A DNA stretch of 64,000 nucleotides from Pseudomonadota bacterium. GTDB lineage: Bacteria; Pseudomonadota; Gammaproteobacteria; Xanthomonadales; Xanthomonadaceae. The translations under genes and the position numbers were made by a program. The first letter of the stretch is position 1. Every line of letters begins with the position of its first letter. This document shows, one piece after another, positions 17,132 through 26,512 of this stretch. Below the pieces are notes generated by a model that was given only the letters and a program-made list of their open reading frames with translations, did not search any database and was not told the origin of the DNA. Where the stretch lies: positions 40,076 through 104,075 of the forward strand of contig JAEWNY010000028.1 in assembly GCA_023461075.1 (NCBI GenBank). Direction: 5' to 3'.

Positions 17132-18247
17132 TCACTCGGTAGGCAGGAGACTCTGCCCTTCGCGCACGAACGGGAACTTCACCACCCGCACCGGCACTTC
17201 CCTGCCGCGGATGTCCACGCGAACTTCGCCCGGCTCGCCGGCCGGGATGCGCGCCAGCGCGATCGCCTTGCCGATGGTCGGCGAGAACGTGCCGGAGAGG
17301 ATCGCGCCCTCGCCCGCCGCGCTCAGCACCTTCTGTCCATGACGCAGCACGCCCTTTTCGTCCATGACCAGGCCGATCATCTGTCGCGCGTTGCCGACGG
17401 CGCGTTGTGCCTCGATCGCGGCGCGGCCATTGAAATCGCGCGGCTCCCCATCGACCTCGTCGAGCGCGATGGTCCAGCCCATCGCGGCCTCGTCCGGCAG
17501 CACGGTTTCGTCCATGTCCTGTCCGTAGAGGTTCATGCCCGCTTCCAGCCGCAGGGTGTCACGTGCACCGAGTCCGGCGGGCTTCACGCCCGCTGCGTGC
17601 AAGGCGTTCCAGAAAGAGACAGCGCGGTCTTCAGGCACGATCACTTCGAAACCATCCTCGCCGGTGTAGCCGGTGCGGGCGACGAACACCGGCACGCCAT
17701 CGACCGTCTCGGTTTCCAACGCAGCGAAGCGTCCAAGCTTTTCCGCCTTGGCCCGATCGGCCTCCTTCAGCAGGCCGATCACCTTCGCGCGTGCGTTCGG
17801 ACCCTGCACCGCGACCATGCCGAACTCCGGGCGCTCGCGCACCTCGACGCCGAAGGGCGCCGCATGGGCGGTGATCCACGCCAGATCCTTGTCGCGGGTG
17901 GCGGCATTGACCACCAGCCGGAACCAGTCCTCGCGCATGAAATAGATGATGAGGTCGTCGATGACGCCGCCGGCCTCGTCCAGCATCCCGGTGTAGAGCG
18001 CCTTGCCGGGCTTCTGCAGCTTCTCGACCGAGTTGGCGACGAGCTTGCGCAGGAAGCGGCGCACCTTCTCGCCGTGCAGGTCGACCACGGTCATGTGCGA
18101 GACATCGAACATGCCGGCATCGATGCGGACGTTGTGGTGTTCGTCGATCTGCGAGCCGTAGTGGATCGGCATGTCCCAACCGCCGAAGTCGACCATCTTC
18201 GCGCCCATCGCGCGGTGGGTGTCGTTGAGGATGGTTTTCTGCGTCAT
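17132..18247 (-). CDS. gcvT: Glycine cleavage system aminomethyltransferase T
   Basis: [38 protein letters not shown]. Confidence 0.97.
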   Translation of the reverse strand: MTQKTILNDTHRAMGAKMVDFGGWDMPIHYGSQIDEHHNVRIDAGMFDVSHMTVVDLHGEKVRRFLRKLVANSVEKLQKPGKALYTGMLDEAGGVIDDLIIYFMREDWFRLVVNAATRDKDLAWITAHAAPFGVEVRERPEFGMVAVQGPNARAKVIGLLKEADRAKAEKLGRFAALETETVDGVPVFVARTGYTGEDGFEVIVPEDRAVSFWNALHAAGVKPAGLGARDTLRLEAGMNLYGQDMDETVLPDEAAMGWTIALDEVDGEPRDFNGRAAIEAQRAVGNARQMIGLVMDEKGVLRHGQKVLSAAGEGAILSGTFSPTIGKAIALARIPAGEPGEVRVDIRGREVPVRVVKFPFVREGQSLLPTE

Positions 18248-18307
18248 GGATGCGGGCTCGGCGGCGGGAAAGCGGCGATTATCGCATCGCCGCTTTCCCG
18301 TGCAGGC

Positions 18308-18739
18308 TCAGGCCGGCACCACCTGCAGGGTCATGCCGCGGATCGCCACCACGCGCACGCGCGCGCCGGCGGGCAGGTCCGGCCCCTCGACGTTCCAGAA
18401 TGCATCGCCGATCTGGGTGCGGCCTTCGCCATCGATGATGGGAGAGCCCAGCACCGCGACCTGGCCGACCATCTGTTCGGTGCGGCGGTTGAGCATCGGC
18501 TGGTCGCTGCCACGGCCTTTGCCACGGAACCACTTCCGATAGATCGCCACCGAGACGAAGCTGAGCACGACGAACAGCACGACCTGCATCAGCACGCTCA
18601 TCCCCGGCGCCACCAGCACGATCAGGAACACGGCCGCCGCCGCGAAGCCGAGCCAAAGCAGGAAAGCGCCCGGCACCAGCGTCTCCGCCGCGATCAGCGC
18701 GAAGGCGAGCGCCGCCCAGGTGAAGACTTCCCAGCGCAT
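18308..18739 (-). CDS. NfeD-family membrane protein (YbbJ-like)
   Basis: AETLVPGAFLLWLG, C-terminal OB-fold LNRR...IGDAFWNVEGPDLPAG; adjacent to SPFH gene. Confidence 0.9.
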   Translation of the reverse strand: MRWEVFTWAALAFALIAAETLVPGAFLLWLGFAAAAVFLIVLVAPGMSVLMQVVLFVVLSFVSVAIYRKWFRGKGRGSDQPMLNRRTEQMVGQVAVLGSPIIDGEGRTQIGDAFWNVEGPDLPAGARVRVVAIRGMTLQVVPA

Positions 18740-18742
18740 GGC

Positions 18743-19717
18743 TCAGCCTCCCGCCGGGAACTGCGGACGCGGGGGCGTCGGTGGGCGCGGCGGCGGGTTG
18801 CCGTTGCGATCCAGCGCTTCCTTGGCCAGATCGGCGATGCCGGCGAGCGATCCGATCACGCCGGCCGACTCCATCGGCATCATCACGAACTTCTGGTTCG
18901 GCGCCTCGGCCAGCGCCTTGAATGCCTCGATGTATTTCTGCGCGACGAAGTAATTGATCGCCTGCACGTTGCCGTTGGCGATGGCGTCGGAAACCATGCG
19001 CGTGGCACTGGCCTCTGCCTCAGCCAATCGCTCGCGCGCCTCGGCTTCGCGGAACGCGGCTTCCCGCTCGCCTTCCGCCTCGAGGATGGTCGATTGCTTC
19101 TCGCCCTCGGCCTTGAGGATTGCCGCTTCGCGGAAACCCTGCGCCTCTAGGATGTTGGCGCGCTTCTCGCGCTCGGCCTTCATCTGCCGCGCCATCGAAT
19201 CGACCAGATCGCGCGGCGGCTGGATGTCCTTCAGTTCGATGCGGTTGACCTTGATGCCCCACGGATGCGTGGCCTGGTCGACCGCCACCAGCACCTTGGT
19301 ATTGATCTCGTCACGCTTTGACAGCGACTCGTCAAGGTCCATCGAACCGATCGCGGTACGGATGTTGGTCATCACCAGGTTGATGATCGCCACCTCCAGC
19401 TGGGCCACCTCGTACGCGGCCTTGGCCGCATCGAGCACCTGGAAATAGACCACGCCATCCACCTTGACCACCGCGTTGTCCTTGGTGATGACGTCCTGGC
19501 TGGGCACCTCCATGACCTGTTCCATCATGTTGATCTTGCGGCCGATGCCCTGGTAGATCGGCACCAGGAAGTGCAGGCCAGGCGAGAGCGTATGGGTGTA
19601 CTTGCCGAAGGCTTCCACCGTCCACTCATAGCCCTGCGGCACCATTCGCACCGCCTTGAACAGCACCACCACGGCCGCGACCAGCAGGACCAGTGCCAAC
19701 ATCGTTCCGAATGTCAT
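18743..19717 (-). CDS. SPFH/stomatin-like protein (QmcA/YbbK-like)
   Basis: VITKDNAVVKVDGV, WGIKVNRIELKDI, MKAEREKRA; GGGGA RBS before ATG 19717. Confidence 0.92.
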   Translation of the reverse strand: MTFGTMLALVLLVAAVVVLFKAVRMVPQGYEWTVEAFGKYTHTLSPGLHFLVPIYQGIGRKINMMEQVMEVPSQDVITKDNAVVKVDGVVYFQVLDAAKAAYEVAQLEVAIINLVMTNIRTAIGSMDLDESLSKRDEINTKVLVAVDQATHPWGIKVNRIELKDIQPPRDLVDSMARQMKAEREKRANILEAQGFREAAILKAEGEKQSTILEAEGEREAAFREAEARERLAEAEASATRMVSDAIANGNVQAINYFVAQKYIEAFKALAEAPNQKFVMMPMESAGVIGSLAGIADLAKEALDRNGNPPPRPPTPPRPQFPAGG

Positions 19718-19821
19718 CGATTCCCCTCCGATAGGTTGGATGCCACTGCACCGAGTATAGGCAGCACCGATGACGGCTGCCGCATGCAGGAAGTCACCGC
19801 CACGCATCAGTTAGAATGTCG

Positions 19822-19978
19822 GCACCTCCTCCGGGGAGTAGCCCACCGGCCCCAGCCGGGTCGCGCGTCAACACACTTGGCCGGCCGGCCATGGCGCGCG
19901 AAGCGATGCGTACGCATCGCCGGGCAAGACCGAAGGCGGGCGGGACACCCATGGCCGGGTGCGTCCTGCCTGCTTTCG
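19822..19978 (+). ncRNA. yybP-ykoY (Mn2+) riboswitch with downstream terminator-like hairpin
   Basis: Conserved blocks GGGGAGTAG...CGTCAACAC...TGGC...GGCAAGACC; -10 TAGAAT at 19812; hairpin 19936-19973 then TTTC; precedes a TMEM165/GDT1 gene. Confidence 0.9.
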
Positions 19979-20010
19979 CGTCCAGCCTGCGCCCGGCCCC
20001 GGAACCGACG

Positions 20011-20583
20011 ATGGACCACTCCTTCTATCCCGCCCTGATTTCGACCGGCACCGTGGCGCTGGCCGAGATCGGCGACAAGACGCAATTGCTGGCCCTGTTG
20101 CTGGCCGCACGCTTCCGCAAGCCTTGGCCGATCATCTGGGGCATCCTGGTCGCGACCCTGCTCAACCATGCGCTGGCCGGTTGGCTGGGTTCGCTTGCGG
20201 CCCGATGGCTGACTCCCGAGGTGTTGAGATGGGTGGTCGCGGCCAGCTTCATCGCCATCGCGCTGTGGACACTCAAGCCCGACAAGCTCGACGCGGACGA
20301 GATGCTGCCCGCACGCGGTGCTTTCATCGCCACCACTCTTGCCTTCTTCATCGCCGAGATCGGCGACAAGACCCAGGTCGCGACGGTGTTGCTGGCGGCA
20401 AAATATTCACCACTGTGGCAGATCGTCGCCGGCACCACGGTGGGGATGCTGCTGGCGAACGTGCCGGTGGTGCTGCTCGGCAGCCGTTTCGCCAGCAAGT
20501 TGCCACTCAGGGCCGCGCGGATCACCGCCGCCTTGGTCTTCCTGCTGCTGGGGCTGTGGGCGGCGTTCAAGGGGATCGGCTGA
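20011..20583 (+). CDS. TMEM165/GDT1 (UPF0016) Mn2+/Ca2+ exporter
   Basis: Two EIGDKTQ motifs, 6 TM. Confidence 0.93.
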   Translation: MDHSFYPALISTGTVALAEIGDKTQLLALLLAARFRKPWPIIWGILVATLLNHALAGWLGSLAARWLTPEVLRWVVAASFIAIALWTLKPDKLDADEMLPARGAFIATTLAFFIAEIGDKTQVATVLLAAKYSPLWQIVAGTTVGMLLANVPVVLLGSRFASKLPLRAARITAALVFLLLGLWAAFKGIG

Positions 20584-20595
20584 GGCACGCTTGTT

Positions 20596-20636
20596 TGTGA
20601 CGGTCGTCACGTATCGACTCGTGGACGGTGCATAAT
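20596..20636 (+). promoter_or_regulatory. CRP/Clp-type site plus -10 element upstream of the diguanylate cyclase
   Basis: TGTGA-CGGTCG-TCACG (20596-20611), 9/10 match to TGTGA-N6-TCACA; CATAAT at 20631-20636. Confidence 0.65.
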
Positions 20637-20661
20637 CGGCCGCGGGATCGGGGGATATCCA

Positions 20662-21816
20662 GTGGCCATCACAAGGAGTGAATCGGGCAGTGTCCTGCAC
20701 CGGCTGCTGAGGCAGCCGGACGAGGCCATGCTAGAGACCCGGGCCGGAGGGGAACTGGTCGTGGCGCGGATGCGCGTCTGGGCCAGCCTGCTGCTGTTGC
20801 TGATGCCGCTGGCCAACCACCTCTCCGGCGGCACGTTGGCCGAAACGTTGATCGGCCTCACCGGAGCGGCGTCGGCCATCGCCATGTCGCTGGTCATCCT
20901 GTCGTTGGCCCGGCAGCGTGGCCGTTTCCGCTGGCTTCCCTACTTCTCCGGTGCGTGGGACACCGCGCTGACCACGCTGTCGCTGTGCCTGCTGGCCAAC
21001 CAGGAGCCCGCCGCCGGGATCAACAGCATGGTCGTCTGGAGTTTCTACCTGACCAGCATCTTCCTGACCGCGCTGCGTAACGATGGACGACTGGTGCTGT
21101 GGGTCGGAACGCTCGCCTTCATTCAGTACGCACTGCTGAGCAGCTGGATCCTGTCCCAACACGAAACGACGCAACTGGCCTCGGTGGGTTACGGCACCGC
21201 CGGCTGGGGCAATGTCGCGCAACGGCTGGTGGTGATCACCATCATCACGATCGTCACGGCGACGATCGTGCTGCGGATGCAGCGTCTCATTGACCTGGCC
21301 AGCACCGACAGCCTGACCGGCATCTCCAACCGCAGCTGGCTGGCCTACCGCTACCCCAAACTCGTCGCCAAGGCCCGAGAGTCAGGCCTGCCTCTTTCGC
21401 TCGCGATCATCGACCTCGATCATTTCAAGCTGATCAACGACGAGATCGGCCACCTGGCCGGCGATCGTGCGCTCTGCCATTTCATCGCTATCGCGCAGGG
21501 GCACCTGGGCGATGACGACTGGATCGTCCGCCTCGGGGGGGAGGAATTCGCCGTGCTGATGCCGGTGTCTGTGGGCGATGCCGGACGGCGACTCAACGTG
21601 CTCCGCGAGCAGGTGGCCGCCTCGCCCTTCGATCCGGGCGAAGGCCTGACGCCGTGCCGGCTGACCTTCAGCGCCGGCATCAGCGCGTTCCCGGAAGACG
21701 GCAGCGATCTCACGCGCCTGCTCGGCCGGGCCGACAAACGCTTGTCGATCGCCAAGCGCACCGGACGCAACCGCGTGGTCATCGACGACCTGAACGTGCA
21801 GGGGCTGGCCGGCTGA
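20662..21816 (+). CDS. Membrane-bound diguanylate cyclase (GGDEF domain)
   Basis: About 6 TM N-terminus; TDSLTGISNR, IIDLDHFKLIND, RLGGEEF; start uncertain. Confidence 0.9.
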   Translation: MAITRSESGSVLHRLLRQPDEAMLETRAGGELVVARMRVWASLLLLLMPLANHLSGGTLAETLIGLTGAASAIAMSLVILSLARQRGRFRWLPYFSGAWDTALTTLSLCLLANQEPAAGINSMVVWSFYLTSIFLTALRNDGRLVLWVGTLAFIQYALLSSWILSQHETTQLASVGYGTAGWGNVAQRLVVITIITIVTATIVLRMQRLIDLASTDSLTGISNRSWLAYRYPKLVAKARESGLPLSLAIIDLDHFKLINDEIGHLAGDRALCHFIAIAQGHLGDDDWIVRLGGEEFAVLMPVSVGDAGRRLNVLREQVAASPFDPGEGLTPCRLTFSAGISAFPEDGSDLTRLLGRADKRLSIAKRTGRNRVVIDDLNVQGLAG

Positions 21817-21880
21817 ACGCGCCTCGCCTTGCCCGGATGCCGCCGCTGCCCTAGTCTGGCGCGACTTCACGGGGGTGCGA

Positions 21881-23176
21881 ATGGAAGCTTTGTCGCGGAT
21901 CGGTTTCGGGGTGTTCGGTCTGGCCGTGCTGGTGGGCGTGGCCTGGCTGTTCTCCAACAACAAGCGCGCGGTCGACTGGAAGCTGATCCTCACCGGCATC
22001 GCGCTGCAGATCGGCTTCGCCGCGCTGGTGTTGCTGGTCCCGGGCGGGCGCGAGGTATTCGACTGGCTCGGCCACGGCTTCGTCAAGCTGCTCGATTTCG
22101 TCAAGGCCGGTTCCGGTTTCATCTTCGGCTCGCTGATGAACGTCGAGACCTTTGGCTTCATCTTCGCCTTCCAGGTGCTGCCGACCATCATCTTCTTCGC
22201 CGCCTTCATGGGCGTGCTCTACCACCTGGGCGTGATGCAGGCGATCGTCAAGGCGATGGCCTGGGCGATCACCAAGGTGATGCGGGTCTCGGGTGCGGAA
22301 ACCACCAGCGTCTGCGCCAGCGTGTTCATCGGCCAGACCGAGGCGCCTCTGACGGTGCGCCCGTACATCGCGCGGATGACCCACTCCGAATTGCTGACGA
22401 TGATGATCGGCGGCATGGCGCATATCGCCGGCGGCGTGCTGGCCGCGTATGTCGGCATGCTCGGCGGCACCGATCCGGAGGCGCAGGCGTTCTATGCCAA
22501 GCACCTGATGGCCGCATCGATCATGGCCGCGCCGGCCACGCTGGTGGTGGCGAAGCTGCTGATTCCCGAGACGCAGGAACCGCTGACCCGTGGCTCGGTG
22601 AAGATGGAAGTGGAAAAGACCACCGCCAACATCATCGATGCCGCCGCCTCCGGTGCCGCCGACGGGCTGAAGCTCGCGCTCAACATCGCGGCGATGCTGC
22701 TTGCCTTCATCGCGCTGATCGCGATGGTCAATGCGCCGCTGACCTGGTTGGGCGAAGTCACCGGCATCGCCCAGATGATCGGCAGGCCGACCAACCTGGA
22801 AAACATCCTGGGCGCGGTGCTGTCCCCGGTGGCTTGGGTGATCGGCGTGCCGTGGCAGGACGCGACCACGGTGGGTTCGTTGATCGGGCAGAAAGTCGTC
22901 ATCAACGAGTTCATCGCCTACAGCGAGCTGGCCAAGATCACCACCGGCCAGGCGCCGGGCGTGACGCTGACCCCGCAGGGCGCGCTGATTGCGACCTATG
23001 CGCTGTGCGGCTTCGCCAACTTCAGCTCGATCGCGATCCAGATCGGCGGCATCGGCGGGCTGGCCCCGGAGCGCCGCGCCGACCTGGCCCGCTTCGGCCT
23101 GCGTGCGGTGCTGGGTGGCTCCATCGCCACCTTCATGACCGCAACCATCGCCGGCGTGCTGACCTGGTTCGGATGA
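21881..23176 (+). CDS. Concentrative nucleoside transporter (NupC/CNT family)
   Basis: FAFQVLPTIIFF, FIGQTEAPL, KVVINEFIAY, ALCGFANFSS. Confidence 0.93.
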   Translation: MEALSRIGFGVFGLAVLVGVAWLFSNNKRAVDWKLILTGIALQIGFAALVLLVPGGREVFDWLGHGFVKLLDFVKAGSGFIFGSLMNVETFGFIFAFQVLPTIIFFAAFMGVLYHLGVMQAIVKAMAWAITKVMRVSGAETTSVCASVFIGQTEAPLTVRPYIARMTHSELLTMMIGGMAHIAGGVLAAYVGMLGGTDPEAQAFYAKHLMAASIMAAPATLVVAKLLIPETQEPLTRGSVKMEVEKTTANIIDAAASGAADGLKLALNIAAMLLAFIALIAMVNAPLTWLGEVTGIAQMIGRPTNLENILGAVLSPVAWVIGVPWQDATTVGSLIGQKVVINEFIAYSELAKITTGQAPGVTLTPQGALIATYALCGFANFSSIAIQIGGIGGLAPERRADLARFGLRAVLGGSIATFMTATIAGVLTWFG

Positions 23177-23180
23177 GCGC

Positions 23181-24146
23181 ATGAGCCGCGTCGTCGTCGT
23201 CGGCTCGTTCAACCTCGACCACGTCTGGCGCAGCGAACGGATCCCGGTTGCCGGACAAACGCTCGCCGGCAGCTACGACAGCGGCCCCGGCGGCAAGGGC
23301 TTCAACCAGGCGATGGCTGCGTGCCGCGCTGGCGCGGACACCGTGTTCGTCTGCGCGCTCGGGCAAGACGCAGGCGGCGAACTGGCGCGTGCCTTGGCGA
23401 GGGCGGACGGCATCGACCTGCGCGATCAGGCCAGCGACGCACCGACCGGCACCGCCGGCATCTTCGTCGACGGCGAGGGACGCAACTGCATTGTCATTGG
23501 GCCCGGCGCCAACGCCGACCTCGGCACGGCGCATGTCGAATCGCAACGCGAGGCGGTCGAGGCGGCCGCAGTCGTGCTGGCACAACTGGAATCCCCGTCT
23601 CCCAGCATCGAATCCGCCCTGCGCATCGCGCGAGCAACGGGCGTGACGAGCGTGCTCAACCCCGCCCCGGCCAATGCGCCGACCACGCGCGAGATGCTCG
23701 CACTGGCCGACATCCTCACGCCCAATGAGAGCGAATTCGCCGCGTTGATCGCACGGCACACCTCGATGGCGATCCCCGCCGATGCGGTCGCCACGGCTGG
23801 TGACGAAGCCTTGCACCTGCTTTGCCGCACCTTGCATCCGGCGGGCACGGTAGTCATCACCCTGGGCGCAATCGGCAGCTTTGTCTCGCATGCCGATGAT
23901 GGATGGCGGGGCGATGCGGCCTCGCATTACCGCGTCGCCGCCGCGCCTGCGCAAGCCATCGACACCACCGGGGCAGGCGATGCCTTCAACGGTGCGTTGT
24001 GCGCGTCGATGGCGTTGCGACCCGACGCGCTCTTCGAGGCGCATCTGCGCATTGCCAGTATTTACGCGGCGCGCGCCACAGAAAACAAAGGCGCGGCATT
24101 GGCGATGCCCCACATCAACCTGACGACGCTTTTCATCGCAGGCTGA
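23181..24146 (+). CDS. rbsK: Ribokinase (PfkB family)
   Basis: VVGSFNLD, GGKGFNQA, TPNESE, DTTGAGDAFNG. Confidence 0.9.
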   Translation: MSRVVVVGSFNLDHVWRSERIPVAGQTLAGSYDSGPGGKGFNQAMAACRAGADTVFVCALGQDAGGELARALARADGIDLRDQASDAPTGTAGIFVDGEGRNCIVIGPGANADLGTAHVESQREAVEAAAVVLAQLESPSPSIESALRIARATGVTSVLNPAPANAPTTREMLALADILTPNESEFAALIARHTSMAIPADAVATAGDEALHLLCRTLHPAGTVVITLGAIGSFVSHADDGWRGDAASHYRVAAAPAQAIDTTGAGDAFNGALCASMALRPDALFEAHLRIASIYAARATENKGAALAMPHINLTTLFIAG

Positions 24147-24159
24147 ACACCACTGACGC

Positions 24160-24370
24160 GTTCCTTTCGGCTTCGTCTTCGTCCGTCCAACACAGCGGCA
24201 GGTATTGGGTCGATCGAAGGCCGCTGGAAGGTGTACTCGTTGCGGTTCACCGACTTCCCGGGCCATGGCGACTTCGGCTTGGTCGGCCGGTACGCATCGG
24301 CCGCAACGAGTTGCTCATGCCGCTCGATTACAACGGGCGCGGCTTCGAGCTCTATCACCTCAATCGCTGA
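24160..24370 (+). pseudogene. Probable frameshifted 3' remnant of an unknown gene
   Basis: Two frames with strong G/C third positions join near 24285: GIGSIEGRWKVYSLRFTDFPGHGDFGL and PVRIGRNELLMPLDYNGRGFELYHLNR*; no convincing start or RBS. Confidence 0.4.
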
Positions 24371-24409
24371 CTCGCGCGTAAGCACCGCGCCGATCGCTAG
24401 AATGCACGC

Positions 24410-25396
24410 ATGCAGATCGGCCCGCACCGCATCCAACCGCGCGTCGTGCTGGCTCCGATGGCCGGCGTGACCGACAAACCATTCCGGCTGCTGTGCAAGC
24501 GCATGGGGGCCGGCCTCGCGGTGTCTGAGATGACCATCAGCGACCCGCGCTTCTGGAACACTGCCAAGTCACGCCATCGCATGGACCACGCGGGTGAGCC
24601 GGACCCGATCAGTGTGCAGATCGCCGGCACCGATCCGCGCCTGCTGGCCGATGCCGCGCGTTACAACGTGGACCATGGCGCGCAGATCATCGACATCAAC
24701 ATGGGCTGCCCGGCGAAGAAGGTCTGCAACGTCTGGGCAGGTTCGGCACTGATGCGCGATGAGCGACTCGTTGCGCAAATCCTGGCGGCGGTGGTCGCGG
24801 CGGTGGACGTGCCGGTGACTCTGAAGATCCGCACCGGCTGGGATGCGTCGCATCGCAATGCGCCACTGATCGCACGCATCGCCGAGGACTGTGGCATCGC
24901 CGCGCTGACCGTGCACGGCCGCACCCGCGACCAGCACTACACCGGCCGCGCCGAACACGAGACGGTGGCGGCGATCAAGGCGGCGGCGCGCATCCCGGTG
25001 ATCGCCAATGGCGACATCGATTCACCATGCAAGGCACGCGAGGTGCTGGATGCCACCGGCTGCGATGCGGTGATGGTTGGCCGCGCGGCGCAGGGACGGC
25101 CTTGGCTGCTGCGCGAGATCGCGCATTTTCTTTCGACCGGCGATCTGCTGCCCGAGCCTGCGTTGGAGGACGTGCGCGATGTATTGCTGTCGCATCTGGA
25201 CGCCCTGCACGATTTCTATGGCGAGGCGATGGGCGTGCGCATCGCGCGCAAGCACCTGGGCTGGTATGCCAAGGATCGCCCGGAAAACGCGGCCTTCCGC
25301 GAGGTGGTCAATCGCGCCACCGATGCCGCCACCCAGCGCGCGTTGACCCGCGATTATTTCGATTCACTGGTCGCGGGCGTACCGCTGGCTGCCTGA
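24410..25396 (+). CDS. dusB: tRNA-dihydrouridine synthase B
   Basis: LAPMAGVTD, DINMGCPAKKV, HGRTR, ANGDI, RIARKHLGWY. Confidence 0.95.
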   Translation: MQIGPHRIQPRVVLAPMAGVTDKPFRLLCKRMGAGLAVSEMTISDPRFWNTAKSRHRMDHAGEPDPISVQIAGTDPRLLADAARYNVDHGAQIIDINMGCPAKKVCNVWAGSALMRDERLVAQILAAVVAAVDVPVTLKIRTGWDASHRNAPLIARIAEDCGIAALTVHGRTRDQHYTGRAEHETVAAIKAAARIPVIANGDIDSPCKAREVLDATGCDAVMVGRAAQGRPWLLREIAHFLSTGDLLPEPALEDVRDVLLSHLDALHDFYGEAMGVRIARKHLGWYAKDRPENAAFREVVNRATDAATQRALTRDYFDSLVAGVPLAA

Positions 25397-26430
25397 GCCC
25401 TTTCGTCGCCGGTGACCGGTTCGGCCCAGATGCGCTGCCAGGTTTCGCCCATCCGCATCATCCGCGAGCGGCCCTCGGGCTCGCGCAATTGTTCGGCGGG
25501 TTGCAGTGCGACCCAGCCGCCATCGGCATCGCGGGCAGCCACGGCCCATTTGAAGATGTAGTCGGGTTCGCTGCCCATGCGCAGGTCGGTGAGGACGAGC
25601 CGGCCATCAGCCACTTGCGCGCGCTGGAAATCACGATTGAACCAACCCAGCCGGCGCACGTTGCGGATGTCGCCGGCTTCGCGCAGCGCGGCGACATCGG
25701 ATGGGTAGGCGGTGAACCGCATCGGCCCGCGATCGATCAGCACCGAGCGATAGCCTTCGACATAACCCTCCGGGGTCATCGCCACCACGCGCCAGAGCAG
25801 GGTGTTGAACGGCATCGGCACCGAGAAGCGCGGCGCATCGGCCAGGCCCATCGCGGCCAATGATTGCGATGCGGCGCGATCGGCCATCGACTTCGCCAGC
25901 AATGACCAGCCGATGTAGGCGCTACTGACCGCCAGCCCGGCCACGAGCCAGGTCTGCGCAGATGGCTTGTCGCGCAGGATCCACGCGGCGATGCAGGCAG
26001 CCAGCAGCCAGAGCGTGTACAGCGGATCGATGATGAAGAGGCTGGACCACATCTCCGGGCGGCTGGGCAGCGGCCAGAGAAGTTGCGTGCCGAACACGGT
26101 GAACGCATCCAGCAGCGGATGGGTGACCAGGGCGAGCAGGATGGCCCACCACCATCTGCGTGGAGATTCCGTCACGCGCCCGCCGCGGCGCTTGAAGAAC
26201 GCCCAGATCGCCCACGCCAGAAGCGGCAGCACCAACAGCGAATGGGTCGGGCCACGATGCCAGGTCAGGCGATCGACCGGATCATCCAGCAGCAGATGGG
26301 TGGGGATGACATCGAGATCGGGCAAGGTGCCGAGCGCGGCACCGGCGAGCAAGGCGGCGCGACGATGGCGGGCGGGGGCGATGACTGCGGCGACGGCCGC
26401 GCCAAGCACGATCTGGGTCAATGAATCCAT
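25354..26430 (-). CDS. Inner-membrane metal-dependent hydrolase (YdjM/DUF457-like)
   Basis: MDSLTQ, PDLD, HRGPTHS, HPLLDAFT, IIDP motifs. Confidence 0.88.
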   Translation of the reverse strand: MDSLTQIVLGAAVAAVIAPARHRRAALLAGAALGTLPDLDVIPTHLLLDDPVDRLTWHRGPTHSLLVLPLLAWAIWAFFKRRGGRVTESPRRWWWAILLALVTHPLLDAFTVFGTQLLWPLPSRPEMWSSLFIIDPLYTLWLLAACIAAWILRDKPSAQTWLVAGLAVSSAYIGWSLLAKSMADRAASQSLAAMGLADAPRFSVPMPFNTLLWRVVAMTPEGYVEGYRSVLIDRGPMRFTAYPSDVAALREAGDIRNVRRLGWFNRDFQRAQVADGRLVLTDLRMGSEPDYIFKWAVAARDADGGWVALQPAEQLREPEGRSRMMRMGETWQRIWAEPVTGDERAQAASGTPATSESK

Positions 26431-26512
26431 GCCCGGATGCTAGCAGCCGGCAAATGCCGACCGCCGCGACTCCGACGGCCGGGATCGCCGCGCTGCAGGC
26501 AGGCGGACGCGG

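Noticed and set aside
18248..18307. Glycine riboswitch upstream of gcvT
   Set aside because: Only 60 bp of intergenic space, with a -10-like GATAAT and no aptamer motifs
25354..25396. Convergent 3' overlaps (dusB with the hydrolase; also 11543-11584) as antisense regulation
   Set aside because: Short tail overlaps of about 40 bp are common in GC-rich genomes; no further evidence
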